64,000 bases of DNA from a virus, in the IMG/VR virus record IMGVR_UViG_3300048591_000302, positions 6,749-70,748 of that record; one strand, given 5' to 3'. Below are positions 38,018 through 48,064 of the stretch, one piece after another. Under the pieces are notes generated by a model. The model had not been told where the DNA came from and did no database searches. It saw only the letters and a program-made list of their open reading frames with translations. The translations under genes were made by a program, and so were the position numbers. The first letter of the stretch is position 1, and every line of letters starts with the position of its first letter.

Positions 38018-41000
38018 TTAATATTTCGCTTTAGACGTGTATCCACTGACCTTATTGTTCCGGTCTATATTTTGCTCGGTAACACGACCAAGCACCTTCC
38101 CGTCAACAATGATATTAACCGGGACCATAACTGCTGTTGACGCATCTTTATCCTTATACGGAACTCTGCCTCCACCGAACTCGCTCTCCATACCATCAGC
38201 CATGTTATCGAAACGTCTCGCAGGTCTGGAGCTGATCTCTGATGAGGACATCCAGCCACCGCGATAAATATCTTTATTCTTCTTGATCTGCTCAGGTGTC
38301 AAACCACCGCCGCGACCCATCTTCTTCCACTCACCACCAAGGTTCTTCTTCTGTATTCCACCGAGTGCCGCGCCACCCATGATCTTGCGACCACTGGCAA
38401 CATCTGCTTCGGTTACGAACATCTCACCCATTGGTCCTTTGAGCTTCTTACCTGTCATCTTCTCGTAGCGATCAGCGGTTGTTCCTTCACGGAAGTCAAC
38501 TAACTCTCCGCGAGCCTTCATGACTGCTTCTTGTCCGAGAACACCAGAGCCACCTTTACGTATGTCCTCCATAGCCATTTGACGGACGCGCTGATTCACG
38601 AAAGCTTCTTCAGACTTGTTTTGCGGTCCCTGCATCATGGCTCCGCTTGCAGTCTTAGCAACACGCTGTTTCTCTTTCTTGAAGAAGGCATCGAAACCGC
38701 TAGCCGTAGCCTGATCTTCCTCAGTGAGAGGTGTTTTGACCTTGGCAGCTGCCTTAACCGTAGCGGCGATCCTCTTAGCTTTCTCTTCCTTAGTCTCAGG
38801 CTCACCCTTGATCTGTAGAACACCTGCACCTTTCTCTGTTGCCCGCATTTCATCAGATGAATCTGCAAGGTATCTCTGCAACCTGTCTCTTTGCTCATTG
38901 ACCAATTTGGCTACTTCTCTTGCCACCTCTTGTGATCCTGATTTGTCAATCGCAGATGTAGTTTCATCATCGAAATTGACAGTCCTTAGGTCTTTACCCT
39001 TCAAGTGTTCAAGAAGCGACCTTGCCTTGATTAGTGCTTCACTCTCGAACGGAGCAGATTCTTCTTCAACAAGCTTATCACCTTTGATGCGTAATGTAGC
39101 TGCTGCTTTCTTCTCTTCTGCGTCCTTGCGCATAGTATACTCGACAGCCTGCTTACGCTCATCATCACGACCGATCAAGTCAGCTGTCTTGCGCAATGTT
39201 TCTTTCTGCTTATCTTCTTCGCTATTACGCAGGGAGTACTCGACGGCTTTAGCTTTCTCTTCTTGCTGTATTCTGCTAGCTTGCTTGTTCTGATCATCAC
39301 GACCGATCAAGTCAGCTGTCTTAAGCAATACTTCTTTCTGCTTCGCTTCTTCATGCTTATTGAGAGAATAATCAATAGCTTGCTTACGTTCATCATCACG
39401 GCCGATCAGGTCAGCAGTATTACGTAATGTTTCCTTCTGCTTGACTGATTCATAATCTTCCATGCTCTTCTCAGAGATACCAATATCGGACCTACGACGG
39501 ATGTCCTCCATCATCTTTTCATTCATGTAACCATGGGTCTTCTCAGGATCGAAGTCATTATCTTGGACTTCTTTCTTTACCTTGTCAACAGCCTTGACTG
39601 TATCCTTGTCGTGCGTATAGATAGAACCCTTGGTCAGCCCTTCCTTGATGAAGGGAGTGAGCATCTGCTCGATACTCTTCAGGATGCCTTCGAGGACGTG
39701 GATACTCTCAACCTTGATAGGCGTTTTCTGGTAGAGGATCATGGAATCAATAAGACGAATTAGTTCTTGATCCTTAACGCCGGTCTTGGACGTCTCAAGC
39801 TCTTCAGGTGTCAAAGCAGACAAGAACGCTTTCGCATCTTGCAGACCAAGGCTCTTGAGTGCGTCAGCCATGCTCTTGCCAGCCATGCGCTCACGGATGT
39901 CCATGCCATTGTTAATCAGCTTGATCGTACCAGCAAGCTTATTATAATCGTCCTGCTGCTTCAGTAGTGAATCTCTGATATCCTCTTGGACAGCACCCTG
40001 CTTGAGCAATCCTTTGAGATTGATTAGCTGATCCTTCAGGGCAATTACAGCTTCATTAGTACGTGCAGTTGCCAGATCACCACCTATGGCATCGTACTTC
40101 ATATTATAATTGGGCGATCCCGGCGTCCGGGCAGAGATGTAGCGTTGATCGATTGCTCGTATGAGATTTTCTACATCAGATATCTTGGGTTGCTTAACAT
40201 CAATCTTGCCTTTAAGCTCATCCAGATTCTTACCTGTGAACAAGTATTTGTCAAGACCCCCATACAGCGGCTTGATCTGTTCCAGTGACTGCTTAACGGT
40301 ATTGGCAAAGTTCTTGTTAGCGTCAGTCTGTTCCTGTATCCTGTTGTTCAGGGCTTCATTAGTTTGCCTGATCTCTTCGCCTTTAGCGGCGAGCGCAGTA
40401 CGCTCAGACGTTGCCTTCGTGTTGATAGCAATCTGTGCCAGTAGTTTCGTTACCTTCTCTGTCTCAGTAGTGATCTGTTTGCCAATAGTCTCGTTAAGTT
40501 TGATCGTCGAGTCCTTGAAGGCATCACCAAGCTTGGTGCCGAGCGTAGCTGCTGCCTCGTCATTGCTAAGCGCACGGATCGCCTCAGCAGTACCACCACC
40601 GATTGCGGCAATACGTTTGAGGGTTGTCTGAATTTGGGTAGAAAGCTCTCCGCGACGAACGCCGAGAGCATCCATCTTTTGTGTCGTGGTTTCATCAACA
40701 CCGACTGGCTTGCGCGTGATCTCAGCCAAACGTTCAGAAGAAAGGTCTTCAACACGTTTCTCGGTCGTCAATAAGGTATCGATCTCTTTACGCTTCTCAT
40801 TCAGCTGTGCCAGATGTTCCAGACCTTTGGTCAGCGAGGCTGCTTCCTTCTGCACAATATCTGCGTTCTTCTTGAGCTGAGCCATGCGCTCACGCTCCAA
40901 GTCATTGCGCATCTGCACAAGCTTGAGCGTAGATTCGGTGATCTCCATATCGGTGAAACCGACGCTGGCAAGCTGCTTATTGATATCAAGTGCATCGTCG

Positions 41001-44000
41001 AAATGCTTGCGACCCGCATCCGTATCACCCTTCTTGTATGCAGTCTTCGCGTCGGCAACAGACAAGCGGCGTAGTTCAAGGAACACACGGAGCTTCTTCG
41101 TGTCCTCGGCAAGTGTCTTGGTCATCTTGGTTCCGCTACGCATAGCCGTGACATACTTGGTCAAGCTATTTCTGGCTTTGAACCATTCGAGCGTAATCTC
41201 TTTCTGTTCGCTCACCAAGTCAATAATCGCGGAACGCTGGATATCGTAGACATTGTTGCTCTTGACATAGCGATAGCTGTCAGTATACTCTTTGCGTGTC
41301 TGTTCCAAGACATTGTTGAACAGTCCGATCCGACTGGTCACTTGTGTCATTACGCTATCAATAACACTCTGTAAGGTTTTGAAACCTTCACGGATGACAT
41401 CGATATTGTGTTCAATCTGTTTATTCAGAGAGGACGTCTCAGCAGCAATATTCTGCAAGGAATATCTGGCTACAGCAGTATTCAGCTCTTTCTGTGCGTC
41501 AGCTGCGTCCTGCATCGCAATCACATTACGGTCTAGCCGGACCTTGACCAACCCAGTCTTATCAAGCAGATTCTCATATGTCGCGACCAAATCAACCAAG
41601 GTCTCTGTGACCTTGACAGCGGCGTAACCAACAGCTGCGAAGATACCGACCTTCGCGAGTGAACTGGCTGTATAGAGCAGAGCGTTGGTTATCGTAATCT
41701 CAGCATTGAACGCCTTGAGTGCAGCCATTGTTTTGACGATCTGCGCTGTAACCTTGGAACCGATATAGTAGCCAACGAAAATGCGCAATGCCTCGGTGAG
41801 TGCCTGGATAACCTTGACCGAACCACCAGCCACCTGTAGGAACGACGCCATGTACGAAACTACTTTATCACCAAACACTTCTTGGATGTAGTTCTTGGCA
41901 GCTTCACGCTGTATCTGTATGTACTTGGCATTACTCTCGAAAGAGATATTGACGGCTTTGATGTACGCTTCGGTAGCAGTCTTGAACTTGTTCAACGTCT
42001 TGTCGAACTCTTGCATATCATCGCGAGCCAAAGCAGCCAAACCAGCGATAGGACGTTCGCGACCGAGCAGTTCCCCGATTCGCGATAGTCCGTTAGCTTT
42101 GTTCATCTCGTCATTAAGCTTACGAATGACGTTCTGGAAACCAAATGTTGCGATAGCAGCTTCACCGCTCTCTACGCCCCACTCAGCGAACAACTCTTTC
42201 ATCTTGTCCGTGGGCTTGATAAGCTTGATCAATATGGAGCGCAACTGCGTCGAAGCAGTATTATACTTCTGACCTTGGATGGTCATAACCGCTAATGATG
42301 CGTTAAGCTCGTCTAGCGTGATGCCGAGTGTGTGCGCAAGAGGTGCAGTACGACCGAGCGTATTGGACATTTCCTTGGCAACGACACGACCTAAGTCGAT
42401 TGTCTTGAACATGGATGCAGCAACCTGCGTGGTATTGGAAGCATCCAAGTTGAAGGCATTCAATGCAGCTGTAAGCAGATTGACTGATTCAGCAGTACTG
42501 GTGACAGTAGCTGCACCGAAAGCAAGAGCCTGATTCATGAAGGTTATTGCAGCAGTACCACGGGCAACTTGATTCGACAAGGTTTCGTAAGCACCTTCTG
42601 CAACAGTAAGCACATCAACGCCGAATTGTGAGGACAACTGGCGCATCTGCTTCGTCCAACCTTCAAGAGGCATCTGTTGGTCTTGACTGATTGTGCGAAT
42701 CTCGGAGACTTTGATTTGCAACAGCTCAGCCTGCTTGATGGAATCCATCATCAGATTATTGAAGCTGCTGATGAAGCGATAAATCTGGTGAACGAAAACA
42801 TATTGGAATGCACGATCCCACATCGTCTTGAAACGTGTGGTGTGTTCCTGCGTATGTTTTGCGATCAGGGCACCTGCTTCTTCATAAGACTGGGCTGAAG
42901 GAACTCTAGACTGCGCGAGACGACGCATACCCTGGTTCATCATGTCACCAGTCATGCCAATCTGTGCGCTATTACGAGCGTTCCGATTAGCTTCTTCAAA
43001 TGTTCGTGTTTGCTCAGCACGTTTCTGACGTTCAGATTCACGAACCTGACGATCACGCTGGGCAATCAGCCGAGCTTGTTCTCGCTCATTAGCGTTACGA
43101 GCTTGATTACTATCAGCAGCTGAAGCAAACTCTTGCGCGATGCGTTCCCGTTCGCCACGGCTAGCCCGCATCCGCGCCAAACGTTGCTCGACCTGCATCC
43201 GACGTTCCATTACATCGGTGTAGACCCTGTTCTCTGCAAGCTCAGCACGAATACCTTTGAGCGCACGTTGCGAGCGCAGGTTCTCTTGAACAGCCAAACG
43301 CCTGCTATCAGAGATGCGCCTATTGACACCTTCCTCGTAAACTGCAAGACCTTCCTTGGAATATGCTACTTCATCAGCTATACGCTTTCTGCTATCTTGA
43401 GACACACGATTAGCCGCTCGTTGCGCAAGCAACTGTTTGGCTCTCTCACTACGCTCATACATTCTGGTCAAATTGGCGTTGCGCTCCGCTTCATACGTTG
43501 CATCCTCAGGACCAACTTGTGCAACCGGATTCTTAGCACCACCGCCAATACGTACTTGAGATAGTGAGCGGAGCAAAGCTGCTGATTCGCTAAGCTCAGC
43601 ATTCATCTGGCGTAGCTTACCTTGTGCTTGATTCAGTCCCATTGCCTCACTGAGATTCTTGGTCGTGAGACCCTTATTACTCAGATTGTTGAGGTCAACA
43701 TATAAGCTAATCGTTTCTTTCAGGTCATTATTGACCTTAGACATGTCCAGCAGTTTGACGAAACCGCGCACACCCTTGAAGCCGGAAAATCCCTTGAACA
43801 TGCTGGCTTCGAGAGCCTTCATCTCACGGGAGACGATCTCAGCTTGTGTAGCCAGCTTCTTGTAGCTTTTGATTACCTCATCATTAATAATGCTGAGTGC
43901 GCGTACACGCTTAATCGTGACGCCAATGACCTCGTTCTGGGTCTCCATTGACTTGTTGGCTTTGTCAATGTCTTGCTGCCCAGTAACATTCAAGTCAATA

Positions 44001-44023
44001 TTATGCTGATAGTCCATTCTCAA
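38018..44023 (-). CDS. Tail tape measure protein (TP901-type core)
   Basis: 2001-aa helical protein; AEGAYETLS, LTAALNAF, APLAHTLGITLDE and ASTQLRSIL..L.KP core motifs. Confidence 0.92.
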   Translation of the reverse strand: MRMDYQHNIDLNVTGQQDIDKANKSMETQNEVIGVTIKRVRALSIINDEVIKSYKKLATQAEIVSREMKALEASMFKGFSGFKGVRGFVKLLDMSKVNNDLKETISLYVDLNNLSNKGLTTKNLSEAMGLNQAQGKLRQMNAELSESAALLRSLSQVRIGGGAKNPVAQVGPEDATYEAERNANLTRMYERSERAKQLLAQRAANRVSQDSRKRIADEVAYSKEGLAVYEEGVNRRISDSRRLAVQENLRSQRALKGIRAELAENRVYTDVMERRMQVEQRLARMRASRGERERIAQEFASAADSNQARNANEREQARLIAQRDRQVRESERQKRAEQTRTFEEANRNARNSAQIGMTGDMMNQGMRRLAQSRVPSAQSYEEAGALIAKHTQEHTTRFKTMWDRAFQYVFVHQIYRFISSFNNLMMDSIKQAELLQIKVSEIRTISQDQQMPLEGWTKQMRQLSSQFGVDVLTVAEGAYETLSNQVARGTAAITFMNQALAFGAATVTSTAESVNLLTAALNAFNLDASNTTQVAASMFKTIDLGRVVAKEMSNTLGRTAPLAHTLGITLDELNASLAVMTIQGQKYNTASTQLRSILIKLIKPTDKMKELFAEWGVESGEAAIATFGFQNVIRKLNDEMNKANGLSRIGELLGRERPIAGLAALARDDMQEFDKTLNKFKTATEAYIKAVNISFESNAKYIQIQREAAKNYIQEVFGDKVVSYMASFLQVAGGSVKVIQALTEALRIFVGYYIGSKVTAQIVKTMAALKAFNAEITITNALLYTASSLAKVGIFAAVGYAAVKVTETLVDLVATYENLLDKTGLVKVRLDRNVIAMQDAADAQKELNTAVARYSLQNIAAETSSLNKQIEHNIDVIREGFKTLQSVIDSVMTQVTSRIGLFNNVLEQTRKEYTDSYRYVKSNNVYDIQRSAIIDLVSEQKEITLEWFKARNSLTKYVTAMRSGTKMTKTLAEDTKKLRVFLELRRLSVADAKTAYKKGDTDAGRKHFDDALDINKQLASVGFTDMEITESTLKLVQMRNDLERERMAQLKKNADIVQKEAASLTKGLEHLAQLNEKRKEIDTLLTTEKRVEDLSSERLAEITRKPVGVDETTTQKMDALGVRRGELSTQIQTTLKRIAAIGGGTAEAIRALSNDEAAATLGTKLGDAFKDSTIKLNETIGKQITTETEKVTKLLAQIAINTKATSERTALAAKGEEIRQTNEALNNRIQEQTDANKNFANTVKQSLEQIKPLYGGLDKYLFTGKNLDELKGKIDVKQPKISDVENLIRAIDQRYISARTPGSPNYNMKYDAIGGDLATARTNEAVIALKDQLINLKGLLKQGAVQEDIRDSLLKQQDDYNKLAGTIKLINNGMDIRERMAGKSMADALKSLGLQDAKAFLSALTPEELETSKTGVKDQELIRLIDSMILYQKTPIKVESIHVLEGILKSIEQMLTPFIKEGLTKGSIYTHDKDTVKAVDKVKKEVQDNDFDPEKTHGYMNEKMMEDIRRRSDIGISEKSMEDYESVKQKETLRNTADLIGRDDERKQAIDYSLNKHEEAKQKEVLLKTADLIGRDDQNKQASRIQQEEKAKAVEYSLRNSEEDKQKETLRKTADLIGRDDERKQAVEYTMRKDAEEKKAAATLRIKGDKLVEEESAPFESEALIKARSLLEHLKGKDLRTVNFDDETTSAIDKSGSQEVAREVAKLVNEQRDRLQRYLADSSDEMRATEKGAGVLQIKGEPETKEEKAKRIAATVKAAAKVKTPLTEEDQATASGFDAFFKKEKQRVAKTASGAMMQGPQNKSEEAFVNQRVRQMAMEDIRKGGSGVLGQEAVMKARGELVDFREGTTADRYEKMTGKKLKGPMGEMFVTEADVASGRKIMGGAALGGIQKKNLGGEWKKMGRGGGLTPEQIKKNKDIYRGGWMSSSEISSRPARRFDNMADGMESEFGGGRVPYKDKDASTAVMVPVNIIVDGKVLGRVTEQNIDRNNKVSGYTSKAKY

Positions 44024-44574
44024 TCTCCGTAATTGTAAGTTTTGGTGGCTGTAAATGTAATTGGTGAATTGGCTTTAGTATCCTTCATGGCAGACTTGAA
44101 ACTAGCGTAACCTCTATTGAAGGCTGACCATGGTGAACTCTTGACCTTGGCTATGCTGAAGCGGTCATTCAGTTCAAAATAGTCAAGCGTAGGTTTCTGT
44201 CCGGCGTCCTTGATACCAAAGCCGAATTGCAGATTCGGTAATCTGCTGTTGTAGGTGTACTGACCAAGTGTTGCTCCGCGAGCAGGATTCTTAAGCTTCT
44301 CAGATGGTGTACGTTTCACAGCTGTGAAACGACCGAGCCTATTTCTTTTCTGCTTCACCTTCATGTCAATACGCACCTTCGTATTGAAGAAGGTTTCGGC
44401 ACTCTCCCCGGTACCTTTTACGTTACCACGGAAAGTGCCTCTTGCGAAACCAGTATCAACAGGTACTTCCTTGTTAGCACTCTCAATGAAAGCACGACCA
44501 GCACTGCGAAGAAGATTATCGAAATCAACTTCGATCTTAGGGAGAGTCTTGCCTTTGATTTTGATGCTATACAC
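44020..44574 (-). CDS. HK97 gp10-like neck or tail-completion protein
   Basis: VPVDTGFARG motif; basic protein. Confidence 0.6.
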   Translation of the reverse strand: MYSIKIKGKTLPKIEVDFDNLLRSAGRAFIESANKEVPVDTGFARGTFRGNVKGTGESAETFFNTKVRIDMKVKQKRNRLGRFTAVKRTPSEKLKNPARGATLGQYTYNSRLPNLQFGFGIKDAGQKPTLDYFELNDRFSIAKVKSSPWSAFNRGYASFKSAMKDTKANSPITFTATKTYNYGD

Positions 44575-44806
44575 GGATTCTACCTGCCATCATCATTGCT
44601 TGTTGAAGTTCCATTTCCTCATGCTGACGAATGTCATCGTATGCTAAGATCTTGGCTTGCGCCCAGACTGAGCAATCATCCCAGGAGGCAGATGAACCGG
44701 GTGGTCTGATCCGGAGTCTTTCACATGCTCTCCAGATTTGGTATTCACCTGTTCTGCCTCCTGGGTAGAATGCCTTTATTGAGCCTGAGCAGCTGATTGT
44801 AAAAAA
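44567..44806 (-). CDS. -1 frameshift extension (GT-type) of the tail assembly chaperone
   Basis: Slippery T TTT TTA at 44806-44800; the -1 frame is open to TAG at 44567 (...WDDCSVWAQAKILAYDDIRQHEE...). Confidence 0.7.
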   Translation of the reverse strand, partial: FFTISCSGSIKAFYPGGRTGEYQIWRACERLRIRPPGSSASWDDCSVWAQAKILAYDDIRQHEEMELQQAMMMAGRIRV

Positions 44807-45246
44807 CGCTTGCGCGCTTCTTCAATCCTCGCTTCGTTCAAACCATTGGCATCGAAGACCGCACTGATGATCGCATCGATCTCACGATCGGTGAAGCAAG
44901 ACTTCTTGAGGTCCACGTCGTAGTTGCCCCACGTCGTTGGGTCAGTCATCTTGACGGTATCCCACTCCAGCCCTTCGGTTGCACCCAGTGATTGCACGAT
45001 CATGTAATTGATCTTGGTTTCACTGTACTGCTCGATCTGTGCAATGAACTCCTTGTCCTCGATATCAGGCTTGGCTTCTTTCTCGCCACGCTTCATGATC
45101 ATCTTGGGGATAGGACGCTTGCACAGATCGGTGAAGATCGTGTAATCAAGAACCGCTCTTGCTTTGAACACGATATCGCCGTTGTTACGAGGAATGACAC
45201 ACACGATCTCATTCGGTTGATCGATATTCTTGCCGTTGATTTTCAT
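44776..45246 (-). CDS. Tail assembly chaperone (G-like)
   Basis: Follows the tail tube gene; ends ARKRFL at a slippery site. Confidence 0.7.
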   Translation of the reverse strand: MKINGKNIDQPNEIVCVIPRNNGDIVFKARAVLDYTIFTDLCKRPIPKMIMKRGEKEAKPDIEDKEFIAQIEQYSETKINYMIVQSLGATEGLEWDTVKMTDPTTWGNYDVDLKKSCFTDREIDAIISAVFDANGLNEARIEEARKRFLQSAAQAQ

Positions 45247-45278
45247 AGGATTTGCCCTCCTATTACATTGTTAGTTGT

Positions 45279-45770
45279 TTAGGACCGGACTGCTTCGACG
45301 ACGAGCACGTTACACTTACCGCTGGTCGCGATCTGACCTTCCGCGATATTGTAATCGAGCTGCTCGTAACGGAACTCGGGCAGGGTGATCGTTTCGGTCT
45401 GCGTCACCGCACCGCACAACACTTCCACCTTGACCTCGATGTCAATGGCGAAGGGTTCGCATTCGTCCTCGGACGTGGATTCCCATCCGAGATGGTTCAA
45501 TCCGGTCGCCGGGTCCACTTGAATCGCGTCAAGCGGGGTTGCCGTCGCAGACGTTCCACGGACCCATTCCCACATGAACTCCAAGTTCACGTCAACGGGC
45601 TGCTCATCCGCGAGCCGGACGCTATCCAGCTTGCCACGGTCGAGAGCGTACTCCATTGCGCGATACTCGGTCCAAGAGATGGAGCCGTCGCCGATTTTGA
45701 CTTCGAGAGATTCCCCACTACCGCCGCCCTTGAGCGTGATGGTGGCGTTCTTGAGATCGACTTTAGCCAT
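45279..45770 (-). CDS. Major tail tube protein
   Basis: Acidic beta-rich 163 aa; GGAGG RBS; canonical position. Confidence 0.7.
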   Translation of the reverse strand: MAKVDLKNATITLKGGGSGESLEVKIGDGSISWTEYRAMEYALDRGKLDSVRLADEQPVDVNLEFMWEWVRGTSATATPLDAIQVDPATGLNHLGWESTSEDECEPFAIDIEVKVEVLCGAVTQTETITLPEFRYEQLDYNIAEGQIATSGKCNVLVVEAVRS

Positions 45771-46212
45771 GTTTTACCTCCATGTTATAAGTCGCTTCGA
45801 TTGTTGAACGTATCAATTCCTCTGACGGAGCTACTTCACCGTAATGGTTCACAAGGATAGTTGGCTCATTTGTTGCATCAATATCAAGGCAGATTATCAC
45901 ATCACCGTTCTCATCCAGTAGAGGTATAGAGAGTGTGAAAGCATTCATCGCATCAGCAACACTGTGAACATGCGTATAAATGTTCTCTTCATCCCTCTTC
46001 GTGCAGATAAGAGCATTAATGACCACTTCCACCAATACTTCATTATTGGCTCTTGGAGTGAAATGAGGTCCGTTCACACGGATTTCACACCAAGTAGTTT
46101 CACCAGAAGTGAGTCGCTTCTCACCGATGAAGTACTTGCTTACGGTCAGTACTCCGTCAAAGTGAAGATTGATACTCTTCATGATGATGAAAAGCCATTC
46201 TGAAAGACTCAT
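45763..46212 (-). CDS. Tail terminator-like protein
   Basis: Position, size and WCEIRVNGP motif. Confidence 0.5.
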   Translation of the reverse strand: MSLSEWLFIIMKSINLHFDGVLTVSKYFIGEKRLTSGETTWCEIRVNGPHFTPRANNEVLVEVVINALICTKRDEENIYTHVHSVADAMNAFTLSIPLLDENGDVIICLDIDATNEPTILVNHYGEVAPSEELIRSTIEATYNMEVKHG

Positions 46213-46619
46213 GGAAGTATCCTCTTAATATTCATCCACACGGCATACTCTGCATGAATGCTTGTGATTTGATAATCACAGCCGTCAACTGTCACCATGT
46301 CATTGAGGTTAGGATGATCGATGTCATAATCGTCAGGCAGGTCAGATTTCTTGATCAGCAGATGACGCGCATCCAGATCAAAGAATCCGCCTTGCTTGAA
46401 GATACCAGACAGTCCAGGAAGATCCTTACTCCGATGTATGTCGGACGGGAGCAGTATTGCATGACGAATAGTGTAACTATCGTAGGCAATGTCCTGCTCA
46501 CCAGTCTGCAAATTCAGAGTTTTCTCTTTGTAGACTTTCCACAAGGCATTGACACCCCACATCTTGCGCAGGGCATACAGTGTCTTGTCTATCTCGATTT
46601 GACCATAACCTTTTGACAT
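46209..46619 (-). CDS. Head closure (stopper)-like protein
   Basis: NLQTGE...GGFF...NDMVTVDG.DYQI pattern; follows the capsid gene. Confidence 0.55.
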   Translation of the reverse strand: MSKGYGQIEIDKTLYALRKMWGVNALWKVYKEKTLNLQTGEQDIAYDSYTIRHAILLPSDIHRSKDLPGLSGIFKQGGFFDLDARHLLIKKSDLPDDYDIDHPNLNDMVTVDGCDYQITSIHAEYAVWMNIKRILP

Positions 46620-46630
46620 AAGTGAGCCAT

Positions 46631-46652
46631 GGAGGTTGGTTACCCAACCTCC
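46631..46652 (-). terminator. Stem-loop after the capsid gene
   Basis: GGAGGTTGG/CCAACCTCC 9-bp stem; weak U tract. Confidence 0.45.
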
Positions 46653-46669
46653 ACTATCCCTGTTAGTTA

Positions 46670-48064
46670 TTAGGCGAACATCACGATACCCTGGTTCACG
46701 TCGAGCTGGGTGACTCCGCAGAGCAGATCCAACGTGACCAAGTGACCCTGCTCTTTCGGCAGGTAGGAGATGACAGCGCGCATCGACAATCCCTTGTAGT
46801 TCACGACAGCCGCACTCACATTGCCAGCACGTGGCATAGCCAACGGGCGGGTGACGAGAGCGATAGCTTGCGGGGTGAACGCGAGATTGTACGATCCGGC
46901 AGGCGCCAGTCCGAGAACGGCATCATTCGCCAACGCACCGGCAAGCGGCGAGCTGGGCATGATGTCTGCTTCAGACGAGACGATGTTGCTGACCGCGCTG
47001 ACAGTGTACAGGTTCCCGGCTGCATCAGCGATGATCCGACCGACGAACGGCGGATAGCTGGCATTGAAACCGTCCACCGCGATGTCTTCAACGTAGCCGT
47101 TGGCATAGCCAGCCGACAGATTGACAGCCATCGGGGTGTAGATCCGGATGACAGCATCATTCAGCACAGCATCCTTGAGACCGGTGCTAAGAACGATGGT
47201 CGTCGGGGTCGCACCACCAACAGTCGAAGCCACACGATACGGGAACATCGAACCCGCGATCGTGACGTAGGAACCGTTCACGATTGCCGCCGAGAAGTTA
47301 TCGACGGTCAAGGACGTGGTACCAGCCGCGTAACCCGCACCATTGTTGACTGCACCAACGACAACTTCACAGTTATCGACGAGAGCATACGGCGTGTTCT
47401 GGACTCCGTAGAGGGAGAACCCGAACCGACGACCGAGCGACGCTTCGCGGATAGCCGTGCCATCATCACCGATCTTTTCCGCACTCGTAAACTGCGGAGT
47501 CTGGAGCAGAATGCTCTCAGTCGCCGGAGTGATCACGAAATGCCGATTGGCAGCATCCCACTTCAGTTCTTCAGCTTTCTGACGAACCTTGGCGAGATAC
47601 TCGACCGAGTTGCTCGGAGTCATGGTGTCCAAGCGACCGACATAGTTCGGGAAGAACTGCGGAACAACGCCCATACAGGCTTTGTCCACACCACTTCCGA
47701 GCGAAGAGGCCGCCGGGCGCATGAACATATCGACGAGATCCTTCATGGACAGGGACAATTGCTTGTCCGTGATCATGAACGACGTATGCAGGTGCTGATT
47801 CAGCTTGACCGGGATCGAAGTGGACTTCGCGGACTGAATCTTGACTTCGCCATCACCCTTACGTTTCGCGGTGAAGGCTTGCGGGCGATCCGCATTCACG
47901 ACATCCCCGAATTGCGCGATCTCTTCGCTGAAGTCACGATGGACAAGGTTACCCATGACCATTCGTTCTTCGAGAAGAGCCAGCGTTTCCTGCGCCCAAA
48001 TCTCGGGTGCAAGACCATCGACCTCATTGGCATAGACCGGTCGAAACAGTTTGTTGTACTTCAT
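46670..48064 (-). CDS. Major capsid protein (P22 coat-like, HK97 fold) with inserted domains
   Basis: PEIWAQETL..L, VHRDFS.EI..FGDVV, GRRFGF, NLAF...AIALVTRPL and LDLLCGV. Confidence 0.9.
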   Translation of the reverse strand: MKYNKLFRPVYANEVDGLAPEIWAQETLALLEERMVMGNLVHRDFSEEIAQFGDVVNADRPQAFTAKRKGDGEVKIQSAKSTSIPVKLNQHLHTSFMITDKQLSLSMKDLVDMFMRPAASSLGSGVDKACMGVVPQFFPNYVGRLDTMTPSNSVEYLAKVRQKAEELKWDAANRHFVITPATESILLQTPQFTSAEKIGDDGTAIREASLGRRFGFSLYGVQNTPYALVDNCEVVVGAVNNGAGYAAGTTSLTVDNFSAAIVNGSYVTIAGSMFPYRVASTVGGATPTTIVLSTGLKDAVLNDAVIRIYTPMAVNLSAGYANGYVEDIAVDGFNASYPPFVGRIIADAAGNLYTVSAVSNIVSSEADIMPSSPLAGALANDAVLGLAPAGSYNLAFTPQAIALVTRPLAMPRAGNVSAAVVNYKGLSMRAVISYLPKEQGHLVTLDLLCGVTQLDVNQGIVMFA

